A stretch of DNA of 64,000 nt. Source: Setoptus koraiensis. Its lineage: Eukaryota > Animalia > Arthropoda. The translations under genes were made by a program, and so were the position numbers. Location of the stretch: NCBI GenBank assembly GCA_048013815.1, contig CM106586.1, positions 13,020,001-13,084,000 on the forward strand. The letters are read 5' to 3'. Shown here in pieces: positions 12,301-27,911 of this stretch; the first letter of the stretch is position 1; each line of letters begins with the position of its first letter. The notes under the pieces are model-generated. The model saw nothing but the letters and a program-made list of their open reading frames with translations, ran no database searches and was not told where the DNA came from.

Positions 12301-15300
12301 AAAGGGATAGGTGCGCTTGTTGTATTGGAGTCGCTAATGCCATCGCCATTACCATTGGTGTGACTATTGTTGTCATTATTGTGTGTGCCGATTGTGTTAG
12401 CGGCACGATGGTATCTCTATAACATGGGCGGCGTCTCGGACTTGTATTGCAATGGGTAATTTTCTTTTACTGCCTACCCTTTCTGCACCACCTTTGCGAA
12501 CACACACACGCATGCCGAACAACACAACAGGTTGCTGCTGTCGCCTGTTACACCCAGGTGAAGCCAGGTGAAGGTTGGCCAGAAGAGCGCTTAGCCATGG
12601 CGAGCGTTTGCGAGCGCGAAAAACGACCAACAAGCCGGCAAGTGAACAAGCCAACGAGCCAACAGGCCAACAAGGCAAAAGAATCAAAGTCAAGATCAAG
12701 TGTGCATTTGTCTCGAAACTAGGCTACTCTCCCTTTCGAGACCGACAACAACAACGGCAACAACAACAACGACGGCAACAGCGACAACAGCAACAGCGCT
12801 GCCTTGTCTGTTCAGTTGTTGTAACTCGCTTGCCAGTGCCGTCGCCGCCATCCAGCCAACAGTGAAATTTCAAGGTTAGCTCAGGTTATTAGCATCAAAA
12901 AGTGCTTGCCATAGTCGTCATTGCTCGCTGCCTTTATCCTTTTATTTATCCTTGTGTGCGTGTGTGTAAGAGTGTGTGTGAGTGTGTGTGTGTATGTGCA
13001 TATCGGCTTATTTGGTCGCCTCGCTATCTATCCAATAGCCGAGTCTGATCGAGAGTGTATCGACAGGGATTTCTCTGCGTTTCGTCGATTTCACTGCTGG
13101 CTGCCACTGGTCCGCAGTCAGCATCCAAAATCTCGACAACTCGGATCCCCGTTTGTTTGCAGGCTGCTGAGGCGACTCCGGTCACCCGCATTGGGCCCAC
13201 AATTGGGCACGACAGCGCGACAGAGTGAGCCCAGACCGACACAACAATAACAAGTTGCCATGGCAACAAATGGGGCCTGATTGCAAGCCGAGTATTGCAC
13301 ACACACACTCACCAAACTGACAACAGTTTAAAAATACTTGTGCACCACTACAAGTCACACAACACAACCTGTTGAACAATCCACTCTATTTAACAGAGCC
13401 TATTGGCACTCTCTTAATTTATATATGACATCAAGGCTAACTAACCAGCCAGTCAGCCAGCCAGTGAGAAATGCTTTTTTAGGCTCACTGGCTCTAATCT
13501 TTGCATGTTGTTGTTGTCGTTTTTGCTGCCAGCTCGGCTTGTTGTAGCGCGTGTACGCATTGCATGGATTGCGCATTTGGTTTGTTTTGGTTAGTCAGGG
13601 AAATGAATTCACACTAGATTAGCTAATCAAGTGTAGTTGTGTCTCTATTTGGAAACAACTACTAAAACTAATAGTCATAAGCAATGGGCAAATCATTGCA
13701 CTTATGTGTATAAATGGCGCCTAAGTTCAAGTTCATGATCAAATTAATTAAATACACGCCAAAATGGATGGAAACTGTACGAGTTGTCTCGTGTTTAGCT
13801 CGCAAAAATAAGCTTCGATCAAACCAAACTAGCTAGACACATCGACAAAAGTTGCTGGCGTCAGCCAATCGAACAATTCCGCTCGTTAGTCACCAACTAA
13901 TAGTTAGTGCGTGTGTGTGTATGTTAACCCAAAACTCACAGCTCACTTCCGTTACAAGCACGTTATTCGTTGGTATCAGCAGCTGCATAGTTTGGTATTT
14001 GGTTGCGAGAAATAAATTTATTTACCAGTGAGTATTGAGTGGAAAATAGAGTAAATACCCAAGCGCAACAACCTGTTATTATGATACCACTGTCAATACT
14101 ATAACTAGTTATACAAGTGCCCAACTGGTAATGATATTAGTAATATCTGTGTCGTTAGATTATGATTTTATTGGGACAACCCTCAACTTTGAGCCACTAT
14201 TACCAAACAACAGGCATTACATTATTATTATTATCTGTAATGATGTCTCGCTCGCCCTCTCTCTCTCGCTCTATTCACGCTCGGATATGTGTCCATGTTG
14301 CAACGTTTTGCTGGCCTGTTCGATCATCAGCACTTGACGTTCATTCGGGTGTCATTTGGGCGACCTCCAACAACCGATCGAGTTCACCAGAGCAGCTGAC
14401 TCAAATGTCACAGGCCTGTGTCGAAGTTTTGTCCTGTTGACAACAGCCTGTCTCTGTCAACAACTGGCGTTTCATCAATGTCACTGTTGTGTCATCTATG
14501 ACATATTCGCCATGCAACTATAGTCTATAGTTATAGACGGATTATGCAGCAAGCATAATTGTTGCATTGATTGGATTTTCAATTCACGACGACGACGACC
14601 ATAATACGGCCACCATAATGCGACAGCCGTGACACAACGACGACGTCGACTAATAAATCACGCACTCAGCCTTGCTCGACGGGGCCATCTATTTGGCTGG
14701 CATTTGGAACATGTGACCGGTATTTGTGTACAGTAGAAGTGGGCTAGACCGCGGATAAATTATGCGTCCGAGTGGCTTGGCGTAATTGATCAGTGTGTCG
14801 GCCTAAAAGAAGCAGACAAACGTCAACGATGTTATGCAATAACTGAGCAACCAACGAAAATCTTATGTGCCTCTAATGTGTCTCGATGGCTACAGCTATG
14901 GTTGGCTTGCGTGAACAAATGCTCACAAACAAACCAAAGTTTCAGCAGATACAAACAAACATACCTGGGCCGGCGCCGACCAAGGAATTGTTGCCTCTCG
15001 CCAGAAAGCCATCGAGACAACAAACAATTAAAATGGCCCAGACTTAGAGAGAGACGGTGGTCTGTTGGTTAGCTAAATGAACTAGTTTCTATGCCCGGTT
15101 GCGTCATAATGACAATAATAATAATGACAGCGGCAGCAGCAGCAGCAGCAGTACCAGTGGTGATGGTGGGGGTGGCAATGGTTATAACAAGGCCGCTGCT
15201 GTTGCCACTTGTTGCTCCACAGAGTTCCTGAACGTTGTTCCAAACGAAGTTCCTATGTTCCTCTATCTGTCCAATGTATCCAGGTAGAGATATACTATTT

Positions 15301-18300
15301 CGCTGTTGTTGTTGTTGTTGCTGTTCCGCTGTCTTGGCCACTCTCTGGCTGTGTGTGAGTTGCTGGCTGTCTAAAGTCGACCACTTTTCTGCAACAACAA
15401 CAACGACAGCAGCAACCTAAAGTCTAAAATGGAAAAGTCCAACTCAATGGAACAGTTTCCGCGGCTTGTTGTATTCGCCGCACTAGTTATAGGGAAACAA
15501 CAACAACAATATCATGCGGCGACAACATGATTGGGTACTGTATTATTACATGTTGTCGTTGTTAGACATAGCAAGAGCATCTATCAACTGGGCAACTTTT
15601 TCTAGCGAAAGCTTTGCCAGCCGACCATGTTTTTTTGCCAAAATTCGAAAGTTGTTGTCGTTGAACGAACGCCAGCGAGCCAACAATTTGTAGTTGCTGT
15701 TGTAAATGCGCCAACAACGACAACAGCGACAACAACGACAACGACAACAACAGCAACAGTGACTAACGTTCGACGGTCGCCAAAGAAACAATTTGCAAAC
15801 AATTCCAATGGTTCGACGAGGAACAAGTTCGACAGGCAACAACTCAAGGACAAGTGGCAACAGCAACAATAATAATAACAAAGTGTTACACTTGTTCTCT
15901 CCTTGTACACTAATGGATATTTGCCAATTTGACCCACCGTTCTTGACTATACCAGAAGTGACTGGGCAAGCCCTCAAGTTTCTACACAAGCGGTTGCTAC
16001 ACACAACGGTATTTTGATGTGATATCCAGCTGTATTTTTGGCCCGCCAGGTACAGTTTGGGGCCGCGCTGGTGAGCGATCGCGGTGTAATTGTTGGCTTG
16101 ATTGGACGATATAAGTAAACATTTTGGCTGAGCAAGCGGTGGCTTCGAACGAGCCTCCGTCCGGTTTTCAGTCAATCCCTGTACTGGACGTCCAATTTAC
16201 CCTGCAATGCGTTCGATGCGACTGAAACTTCCAGATGAAACTCTCCTCCTCTCGCTCTCTCTAAATATATATATATATATGTAATCCTCAGTCAGCAACA
16301 CTTGCTACATGCGATCTGGCCATGTGAGCTGCGAGCGAAAGTTTATCTCTCTGTAATCTGTAGATTTTAGATTTCAGATGCATTCTAGATATATTTTATA
16401 TGGAAGCCATCAGATGGAACTGAACTAGCCTTGCAAACGAGGCACACATCGAGAGAACACAGCAACGGCAACAGCAACAGCGCTCATGTGCAAGTTGAAC
16501 CGAAAAGAATTATCTGTCGAATTATTTCGTGAAGAAGGGAAACGATGGCTTCAAGTAAAGTGTGTGAGTGCACATCTCACATGAGTTGGCTGGAATTCTC
16601 AAGTTGATCTGAGTTTTCACGATAGAGCGAAGATTTCTGGAAAGAGCTCGGCTTAGCTCCAAGGCTTAGCCGATAAGACGATTGCAATAGATTAAAGACG
16701 ATGCATGGGCAGCACTTTTGCTTGTTGTGTGTCCATCAACAACAGCAATGACAATTTTGTTTGGCCAACTATCGCTCGAGACAAACCCTAAATAATAAAT
16801 GTTGTTCGTCGTATCGTGCGGACAACAACGTCCATTTCCTCCAACCGTCGAGCCTATTTCGGTATGCCAACCCGTTTTTGCAACCAACGTCTATGTGGGT
16901 AACCAGCACCCTCGTTCGCGTCAATATTTCACAATGCGACGAAATTTTAGACTTTCTTGTGCCAACGAAACAGGGCTTCACATCTTACAGGCCCTTCCCC
17001 GGCCCCTGCCATAGAAAAATGTACAGCATTCGTTGGGACAACGATTGCAACAAGCAGATTATTCAACGACAAAGAGCGACGAATCTTTGAGAAGAATAGC
17101 CAAGATGTAGAAAATCATTGGTAGGCGAACAATTTACTCGGATATTTATGCAAAGAGTTGCCATGGTTGGGCCGAAAGTCGGCGACTATTGTCGACGCTC
17201 GACCGCTTCACCAGTGGCAGTTCGAACTTCGAAGGGACCAGGCCAGCGAAATAACTGGCATATCGATATAACTGGCATGTATGCGAGGCGATAAACCTCA
17301 CAAGGTAAAGCTCCTCGGGCTCGTTGGCAAACTCTTGAAAGCGTGTATGCTGAGGCGAGCACAAGACTTTGCGACTCGTAAATTGCGAGCAAACGATCGC
17401 GATTGTGCCATTCCAGTTCGAAATTCCAAGCTGGAATGGATCGGCGGGGCATGAGGAGCCTCCGCCGACTCAGGCCCTGCCAACGGTTGGACGAAGAGAA
17501 CGAAATTGAGCACCAAAAAGTGCCAAAGAAACGGCCTCCCCTCCTTTCCCACACAATGCATCGGTGACGCATCAGTCATGCAGACCCCTCAACTTTTCGC
17601 AGCTCAACATGGGCTTGCGCTGTCGTGCTCAAGGATGTTGAGGCAGAATCGTATGCTGGCAACAATTGTTTTATTTGCCAGCATACAACCAGCAACCAGC
17701 GGCTAGCAACCAGCGACCGGCGACCAGATTTAAACGATTTGCCACACTGTGGCACCAGGCGGGGTTCAGCGCGAATCCGCTAGGGCGGCGCGCTGTTTGC
17801 TTACAATTGGCAGTGTGAGCGAGCAGCAGTGCAAAAAATTGCTGCCAGCAGTATACTGCGGCACACACTGCCAGCGCTATTATTAAGCGCTGTTCAACAG
17901 TGACTGTTGTTGTTGTATAAACTAAGGCAGTGTGTGTGTGTGTGACTCACGAGCGGCCCGGTCTCAAGTCGCCAGGCCAAATGGCTCGCTCAAATGGATC
18001 GGCGCGCTGTTGTGTGTGTGTGTGTGTGTGCTGTGGTGCGCCGCTCTGTGCCCGGAGCGTTGGAATTTGCAAGCGGTGCGAGTAGTGGGTATTGTGAGTG
18101 GCACCATTGTAGTAATGCATAAAATATGCTGGCTATAATGATAAACAGCGGCACAAACGCGGCAAATGTGCCCCACCGACACGCTTTGTGCCCTTGAGTC
18201 GGCGCGCAGTCGCACACCATTGATGGTGGCAGTGGGAGCGCACACAAATTCCATGATACCGACAGAGTCTGTCGGACAGAGCGCCGGCCGAATGAATAGA

Positions 18301-19540
18301 ACGAACAGATTCTAACGCACACACACACATGAATAGAATGAATAGAACAACGAGACTCAGCCACTTGAGTCGCCGGTTGAGTATGGCGGCGCCATTACAA
18401 CTGGCACGAACGTCACTGCTAGATATGGTGCGGAGATAAGCCGCTCTCACACTGGCACTGGCAGCGCGGCGCTCGCAGTTAAATAGCATCACACAGCGAC
18501 AGCATTCGCCCAACGACTGTTGTGTGTGTGTGTGTGTGTCGGCCCGGCTCGCCCGGCCCGGCCCGGCCGGGCCGTGTTTGTTCGCTGTTGAGTCGCGCTG
18601 TTTTTGTTAGTTCGACTCACTCGCTTTGTGAGTGCGTGTGTGTGTGCTGGCTAGCTGCTGCTGCAAGTTCGATGGTTCGTTCGTCGGTTCGTTTCGTTAG
18701 TTCGTTTCGCTCACACACACACACACACACACACTCGCTTGCACGCTAGTTATTTGTGCGCTGCGATGGTGGTGCAAATGGTAGTATGGTGGTAGTGTGG
18801 TAGTATGGTGGTGGCAGTGGTACCACTCGCTCGCATACGCACAAACTCGCACTCATGCACCAGCTTTGGCAGCACACTAGTTTAAACAGCGCTAGCAAAC
18901 AGAGCGCACACACACAAGTTTGGACGCCGCCGTCGCCGTCTAAACTTTCTACTTCAACTCGCGCGTTCATCCTCCCAACGTCGACGCTCCACTCCAATAG
19001 CAGCAAGCTAGCAGCAGCAGCACATTAAACATTCGCTATTTGATCGTCTGGCAGCAACAACAACAACAACAGCAACTCCAACAACGGCAACATTTCCCCA
19101 GAAACAATCGTCGTTGCCAATAGTAAACATAACACAACAAGAAATATTTATACACACACACACACACACGAATATTTTAGTAAATCGTCTGTCCATCCCC
19201 AGTTAATATCTGGCAGATATATATATATATTATTACGACATTATATATTAATCACACAATTATTTAGCAGCAGCAAAATAATAATATCAGCAGCGGCAGC
19301 ATTGTAATCGCCAGTATTGTGTCGTATCTCAACGCCAGCCAGACCGACCGACAAACCGACAGACGCGTTGTTGCAGTGCGTTTGTCTCCGTGTAGCGCAA
19401 GTGTATCGCACACACACAAGCAACCAACCGAGGAACAAGAAAAATTCACGAGAACAGGACCGACAGCCAAGCAGCCCTCTCACAGAGGCTATATTCATGT
19501 CTTTTTTCTCATTACATAGCCACCAAACAAACCCTGTCCC

Positions 19541-21331
19541 ATGTCTGCGTACCCCCCAGCCCCTTATTGTAGCTGCTGGACAAACTTAAGTTTGCAGCAA
19601 CAACAGCTCATCAACCACCATTTGGCCAATACTGCATTAACTCAACAGATAATAAATGATGCATCCTACCTCAATCCCACCATGATTGCCACTCCGAACC
19701 ACCAGCATTATCTGGCAAGTCAGCAACAACAGCATCAACAACAGCAACAACAGCACCAACAACAACACCAAGAGCACCAGCACCACCAGCAACAACAACA
19801 ACAACAGCAACAACAACAACAACAACAGCACCACCACCACCATCATCACCATCAGCATAACCACCATCACCTTCATCAGAGCCAGCTAGACCAATCCGAC
19901 CAACAGCAGCAAAATATACGCCGCTTTCAACAAATTCAATTTCGTCAACTACAACACTTACAGCAACAGCAACAACAACAAGCGTCATCGCACCTACACC
20001 ACATTAGTAATAGTAATTGTAATTCAGACTCAAATATCAATGTAAACAATAATAGTAATAATAGTAACAACGTTAGTAGCAGTAATACGAATAATCATAG
20101 TAATAATAATACTAATAACACCAATGTCACTAATGGCAGCAGTAATGTTAGCAGGGTGCGGAATGTCTACCACCAGAGTTACAATCAGCACAACAACCTC
20201 CCTCTATTATCCTACCAAGGACACACCGCTAGTGGAGCTAGTCAGCGTTCCAGCCCATACCCTCTGTCTTCTTCCGGTCATCCACATAGAACCTCAAGAA
20301 GAGTGCTTCCACACAGAGAACATACTATTGCCAATTATCAGATATCTTATATTGCTAACAATGGCAACCAAAACCAGAACCATCACCAACAACCTCCCAC
20401 CCAACAACAACAACAACAACTTGGTAATAACAACATATCTCAACAAACTACATCAACAACCACCAATACCAATGGCAACACAACTAATTGCCTAACCAGT
20501 GAACTGCCTAATACTGTTATCACTTTTGGTAATATTATCGGTAGTGCCTCCAACTATTTACCAGTGCCCTTAGCTGCTCATCAACATGATATCAATAATA
20601 TGAACACCAGACTAGATAACATCAACCAATTTCAGAGTCTGCAACAACAACCAGCTCAACACAACCGTCATGTGCAGCAAATTAATCCTGGAAACAATGG
20701 CAATAATATTAGTACCTTAAATATCGACCATAACAACATTTCAACATATCATAGCACTAATTTGAATATGCACCAACAGCGGCACCAATCAAGCCACAAC
20801 GTGCTCCCACCTCAACCTATCGTGAATCATCACGCAAACCATAGCATACCCAATCTAAATCATAGACTCAATGATTTTGTCGCGGCTATGGTAGCCCAAC
20901 ATCAACAACCTCACATGCACATGATGTTGGAAGCAGCTCTAGCGATGCAGTTATCCAATGGAATTGCTCAACAAGCAGCCCAATCAGCCGCTATGCAGCA
21001 AGAGATGGCGGAGACAAATGATTACGACACGTTGAGCATTTCGGAGAGATTGGGTGAATCTAAGCCCAGAGGCTTAACCAAGCCCGAAATCGAACAATTG
21101 TTATCTTACACACTAGAAGAAGTCAATGAAAAAGATCCCAGTGCCTGTGTCATATGTATGTGTGATTTCGAAGTTAAATCTAGGATTAGGACACTTTCTT
21201 GTTCACACGAATTTCATGCTAAATGTGTCGACAAATGGCTGAAAGCTAATCGTACGTGCCCTATATGCCGACGTGACGCCTCAAAGGCTCAAGTCGAATG
21301 CCGTAGCGACAAAAGATCTCGACATCATTAA
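19541..21331 (+). CDS. RING-H2 E3 ubiquitin ligase, RNF38/RNF44 family, with polyQ/polyH/Asn-rich N-terminus (596 aa, intronless)
   Basis: C-terminal ERLGESKPRGLTKPEIEQL...CVICMCDFE...LSCSHEFHAKCVDKWLKANRTCPICR matches the RNF38/44 signature. Confidence 0.9.
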   Translation: MSAYPPAPYCSCWTNLSLQQQQLINHHLANTALTQQIINDASYLNPTMIATPNHQHYLASQQQQHQQQQQQHQQQHQEHQHHQQQQQQQQQQQQQQHHHHHHHHQHNHHHLHQSQLDQSDQQQQNIRRFQQIQFRQLQHLQQQQQQQASSHLHHISNSNCNSDSNINVNNNSNNSNNVSSSNTNNHSNNNTNNTNVTNGSSNVSRVRNVYHQSYNQHNNLPLLSYQGHTASGASQRSSPYPLSSSGHPHRTSRRVLPHREHTIANYQISYIANNGNQNQNHHQQPPTQQQQQQLGNNNISQQTTSTTTNTNGNTTNCLTSELPNTVITFGNIIGSASNYLPVPLAAHQHDINNMNTRLDNINQFQSLQQQPAQHNRHVQQINPGNNGNNISTLNIDHNNISTYHSTNLNMHQQRHQSSHNVLPPQPIVNHHANHSIPNLNHRLNDFVAAMVAQHQQPHMHMMLEAALAMQLSNGIAQQAAQSAAMQQEMAETNDYDTLSISERLGESKPRGLTKPEIEQLLSYTLEEVNEKDPSACVICMCDFEVKSRIRTLSCSHEFHAKCVDKWLKANRTCPICRRDASKAQVECRSDKRSRHH

Positions 21332-21421
21332 TTATTTTAATAAATGATAATGAATATAAAATAAGAGTTAATGTGTTTCAAAATCCTTCATCTTGTATAT
21401 GTTTCGGAGTGCGAAGACAAT

Positions 21422-22158
<737 letters not shown>

Positions 22159-22528
22159 ATGTATTTGATAACTGGTACCGTTCACACGCACTCGCACAAA
22201 CTCGCACTAGCGTTAGATCAAACGGCGAAACACACAAAGAGCAGGCAAACAAAGCGCACGCACACACAAGAGGTTGGTCGTCGTCTAAACTTTCTGCTTC
22301 AACTCGCGCTTTCATCCTCCTAACGTCGCGACGCTCGACTCCGATGGCAGCAAGCTAGCAGCACAGTGATCATTTGCTATCTGATTGTCTAGTAGCAACA
22401 ACAGAGACAACATTTTGTAAACATACGAATAGTATCGTCGACCATCTCTATCTAGCTTCGAATATATATTATATATTTGACAATATCACAGAGCAATATA
22501 TTAGATAGCCACCAAACAAAGCCCATCC

Positions 22529-23635
22529 ATGTCTACGTGCCCCGCAGCCCCTTTTTGTAGCTGCTGGACAAGCCTAAGTCTGCACCATCAACAGCTCACG
22601 AACCAACATTTGGCCAATGCCGCATTGAATCATCCAGCCTACCTCCTTCCCACTCTGGACCACCAACATTACCAGCAACTCTCACAACAGCAGCAACTGC
22701 ACCACCACCAACACGAGCAATACCAGCAACACCAGCAGCAACACGAGCAATACCGGCAACACCAGCAGCATCACGAGCAATACCAGCAACACCAGCAACA
22801 GCAACACCAGCAACAGCAACACCAGCAACAGCACCTGCAGCACCTGCAGCACCAACAATACCAACAATATCAACAGCGCCAACAATACCAACGGTATCAA
22901 GAGCACCAGCAACAACGGCAGCAGGAGCAACAGCAGCAACAGCAGCAACATCAAAATATACGCCGTCTCCAACAAAATCAATTTCGACCACAGCAGTTGC
23001 AGCAACAGCAACAACAGCATGCCTATAGTCCATACCCTCTGTCCTCTGGCCATAGAACCTCAAGAAGAGAACGTACTACTGGTAGTTATTATTATATCGC
23101 AAACAATGGCAACCAATCAAGTCACAACGTGCCTAACGTCCCGCCACAACCTATCTTTGATAATCAAGCAAATTTATATCTCAATGATTTTGTCGCATCT
23201 ATGGTTGTCCAACCTCACATGCACATGATGTTAGAAGCCGCATTGGCGATGCAAATGTCCCCTGGGGTTGTTCCAGCACCATCTCAATCAGTCGCTTTGC
23301 AACAAGAGATAGCGGAGACAAATGATCGCGACATGTTGAGCATGTCAGAGAGATTGGGTGAACCTAAGCCCAGAGGCTTAACCAAGCTCGAACTCGAACA
23401 ATTGTTATCTTACACACTAGAAGAAGTCAATGATAAAGATCCCCGTGCCTGTGTCATATGTTTGTGTGATTTCGAAGTTACATCTAGGATCAGGATACTT
23501 TCTTGTTCACACGAATTTCATGCCAAATGTGTAGACAAATGGCTGAGAATTAATCGTACGTGCCCTATATGCCGATGTGACGCCTTGGAGGATCGAGTCG
23601 AATGTCCTAGGGTCAAAAGATCTCGACAGCACTAG
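22529..23635 (+). CDS. RNF38/RNF44-like paralog 2 (368 aa), RING-H2 intact, Asn-rich segments deleted
   Basis: N-terminus MSTCPAAPFCSCWT matches copy 1 MSAYPPAPYCSCWT. All RING-H2 ligands are retained (CVICLC...CSHEFHAKC...CPIC). Confidence 0.88.
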   Translation: MSTCPAAPFCSCWTSLSLHHQQLTNQHLANAALNHPAYLLPTLDHQHYQQLSQQQQLHHHQHEQYQQHQQQHEQYRQHQQHHEQYQQHQQQQHQQQQHQQQHLQHLQHQQYQQYQQRQQYQRYQEHQQQRQQEQQQQQQQHQNIRRLQQNQFRPQQLQQQQQQHAYSPYPLSSGHRTSRRERTTGSYYYIANNGNQSSHNVPNVPPQPIFDNQANLYLNDFVASMVVQPHMHMMLEAALAMQMSPGVVPAPSQSVALQQEIAETNDRDMLSMSERLGEPKPRGLTKLELEQLLSYTLEEVNDKDPRACVICLCDFEVTSRIRILSCSHEFHAKCVDKWLRINRTCPICRCDALEDRVECPRVKRSRQH

Positions 23636-23754
23636 TTATTTCAACAAATGATAATAAATAGAAAAGAGTTAATCCATTTTAAAATCTTTCATCTTGTATA
23701 TGTTTCAGTTTAATCATTTTAGAGTGACATAATTGTAGTTCATGTAAAGGCAAT

Positions 23755-25452
<1,698 letters not shown>

Positions 25453-26728
25453 TTAATTGAGCTATGTAATAGTGTGAAGTTGTAAATGTCGAAATGGGAG
25501 TCGTGTGACGATTATATAGTATATTTAATACGGCCTATAGTAAGTCTGTTTCGAATGCCCGCCAGTATAGCAACACGATTTTGGAGGGTGTATGAATTAT
25601 GCCGGCACTCTGGAAACACACCATTCGCTGCGCACAAGCACAGAACGTTCAGCAGATCCGTTTGTGCTGCTTGTTTGCAGTCTCGTGTGTGCTCTAGATG
25701 TGCGATTGAGTTGCGGAATGTGTTCAGCGCTGAATGTACCGACGTACGATCTGTGCTCAAGTTGCCGACACTGTTCATTTCAAAAAATGCAGTTTAAGAG
25801 GCAAGGTAGCTTCAACAGTGAATACTGTGAGACTTGATCGGTAGGCCTTTTAGAGAAGTGCAAGAGTGCTTGTGCGTCGGTGTGTTGGTGCGTTTGTGTG
25901 TGTGTCTGAGCACCATCGGAAACCCGTGGTATCCATACAAGCACAGAAGGCAACACATTCTTGTGTGCGCTGCTTGCCTACGATGTTTTATGTGTTGTAG
26001 ATGTGCAACTATGTTCACGAGTGAATATTCGTGGCAGCGTGTGCTGACTCACGTTCTGTGCTTGAGGAGGCATCTGCTCGTGTTCGCAGAAAATGCATGG
26101 ACGAAAGGCAAGGAGTAAACAGTGAAAAGTACAAGACTCACCGCTTTCACCCTGTACAACTGCTACTCTCTCATTCGAGCCCTGCGTCCTACGTGCACTC
26201 TCTGCAATCTATACATCGGGTCCACCAGGGGCTCTGGCATCGCACAGAAAGTGTGCAGCCGAGGGCAGACTGTTTCGTTAAACATTTCCTTTTTCTTATT
26301 GTTTGCTTCAGCCTGCTCTAAACGCCTATTTGCCTATATTTGCCAGCCTGTAGCCGCTGCTCGCTCACACTGCCTCTAGTAATCCGAGTAGCGTTGCTCT
26401 GTCGTATCTTTTTTGAACTAAGCTTGAAAGCATTGGATAAACCTCACACTTTACCGTAGTGGCAGTTCTTCTATTCCACTGTGGGCACCCTACACGCAAA
26501 ACATCACCAAGAATAGTGATAGTATGCAATACCCAGCGGGTACCACTGAGAACACAGTTGCGTCACCCTCGCGGATTTTTTTCGTACTTGGAAGCGCGTC
26601 GCCTAGCGAAAAAGCGCTCGCTAACACGAACATTTTCGAGTTTCTTTTTGACGTTTATCGAATTCGAGAACAATTACTTTTGGCCCTAGCTATTATTACA
26701 ATTAGCAAAAATTTACCATCACGGATAA

Positions 26729-27610
26729 ATGGAATCTACATTTCAAATAGGCATGGACAAATTAAATACTAGGGTGCTCATAAAGGAGCCACGCGGTTTT
26801 ATTAGGTTGCTGCAAATGTTATTCTGTATTATTGTTTGGTCCACAACGGCAGGATTCTCAACTATAACCGAATTGCAAATTGATTGCCCTGGTGATAATA
26901 ATACTTACAGTGTGGAATATAAAGTGGAATATCCTTTTGACGCTCAAGAAAATAAGGTTGAAACACCAGCTAATTGTAGCGAAGAGACTTATGTTAATAC
27001 GCAAACCTTCCCTCTTGATTTCTCATGTAGCGCCATGTTATTTGTGCTAGTATGTGCACTAAGTATGTTTTACGCGCTAGGTTGTGCCATCCTTTATTCC
27101 GTTTATTCTTTAAAATACAGCTCCAATCCACTATTGCCCATGGTCGATTTAAGCATAACACTATTGCTGGCCTTGGTTTGGCTTGTTATGACATGTATGT
27201 GGGCGCTCAATGTTTCCGATCTGAAACATTACACGCACCCAAGCTACATTAAGAAGTTCGTATCAATTTGCGATGATCAAGTGTCAAATTGTGTGCCGGC
27301 TCATCCAGGAAAATGGTCCTCACTAAATGTATCGGTGGTGGCGGGATTCACCTGTGTTCTTCTTTGGGCCGCATCGTTGTGGTTTGTGTTCAAGGAAACG
27401 ACATTACACAAAGGCCAAAGCCAAGTGGTGACAACCTCGGGAGTTGCAGACTATAGACAACAGACATATTGTCAGCCAGGTCCTTCGGGTATTCAGCAAC
27501 AACAACAGATTCAGTCCCAACAATCGCAGCCGCCAATGATGAATAATCAAAATTATGCACAGTCACAAATGAGATCCAATAATCAATTGGCAGGCTATGC
27601 GGGCGAGTAG
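26729..27610 (+). CDS. Synaptophysin/synaptoporin-family MARVEL 4-TM protein (293 aa)
   Basis: KEPRGFIRLLQMLF, YKVEYPF, DFSCSAMLFV, SSLNVSVVAGF, WFVFKET motifs; four hydrophobic segments; Q/G-rich tail. Confidence 0.92.
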   Translation: MESTFQIGMDKLNTRVLIKEPRGFIRLLQMLFCIIVWSTTAGFSTITELQIDCPGDNNTYSVEYKVEYPFDAQENKVETPANCSEETYVNTQTFPLDFSCSAMLFVLVCALSMFYALGCAILYSVYSLKYSSNPLLPMVDLSITLLLALVWLVMTCMWALNVSDLKHYTHPSYIKKFVSICDDQVSNCVPAHPGKWSSLNVSVVAGFTCVLLWAASLWFVFKETTLHKGQSQVVTTSGVADYRQQTYCQPGPSGIQQQQQIQSQQSQPPMMNNQNYAQSQMRSNNQLAGYAGE

Positions 27611-27911
27611 CTTATCTGCAGGATTACGAACAGGGTAGTGAAGCATTTGAAAAAAGAAACATTCCAGTCTTGACTGCACACCCTGTACACACTGCCCTAT
27701 TTTAACAATACTACATGTGTTCATTATACAATATAGTATCATTATTACTACTATCTGTATTATTATTATCATCATCACGCGTACTATTATTATTATTCGT
27801 ACCACTCTGATTATTATCATTATTATTATCATTATTATTCATAATATTTTATTTATTATTGTCAATGGTATTATCATAAATATTGTCATTATTATTTATT
27901 TCAAAATCAAA

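Noticed and set aside
7334-19519. Many 60-210 aa ORFs on both strands
   Set aside because: Low-complexity Arg/Ala/Ser/Cys-rich translations of microsatellite DNA with no recognisable domain; many begin at TTG/GTG.
27717-27911. Poly-Ile N-terminal extension of mRpS10
   Set aside because: Translation of an ATT/ATC repeat in the intergenic region, starting at GTG.
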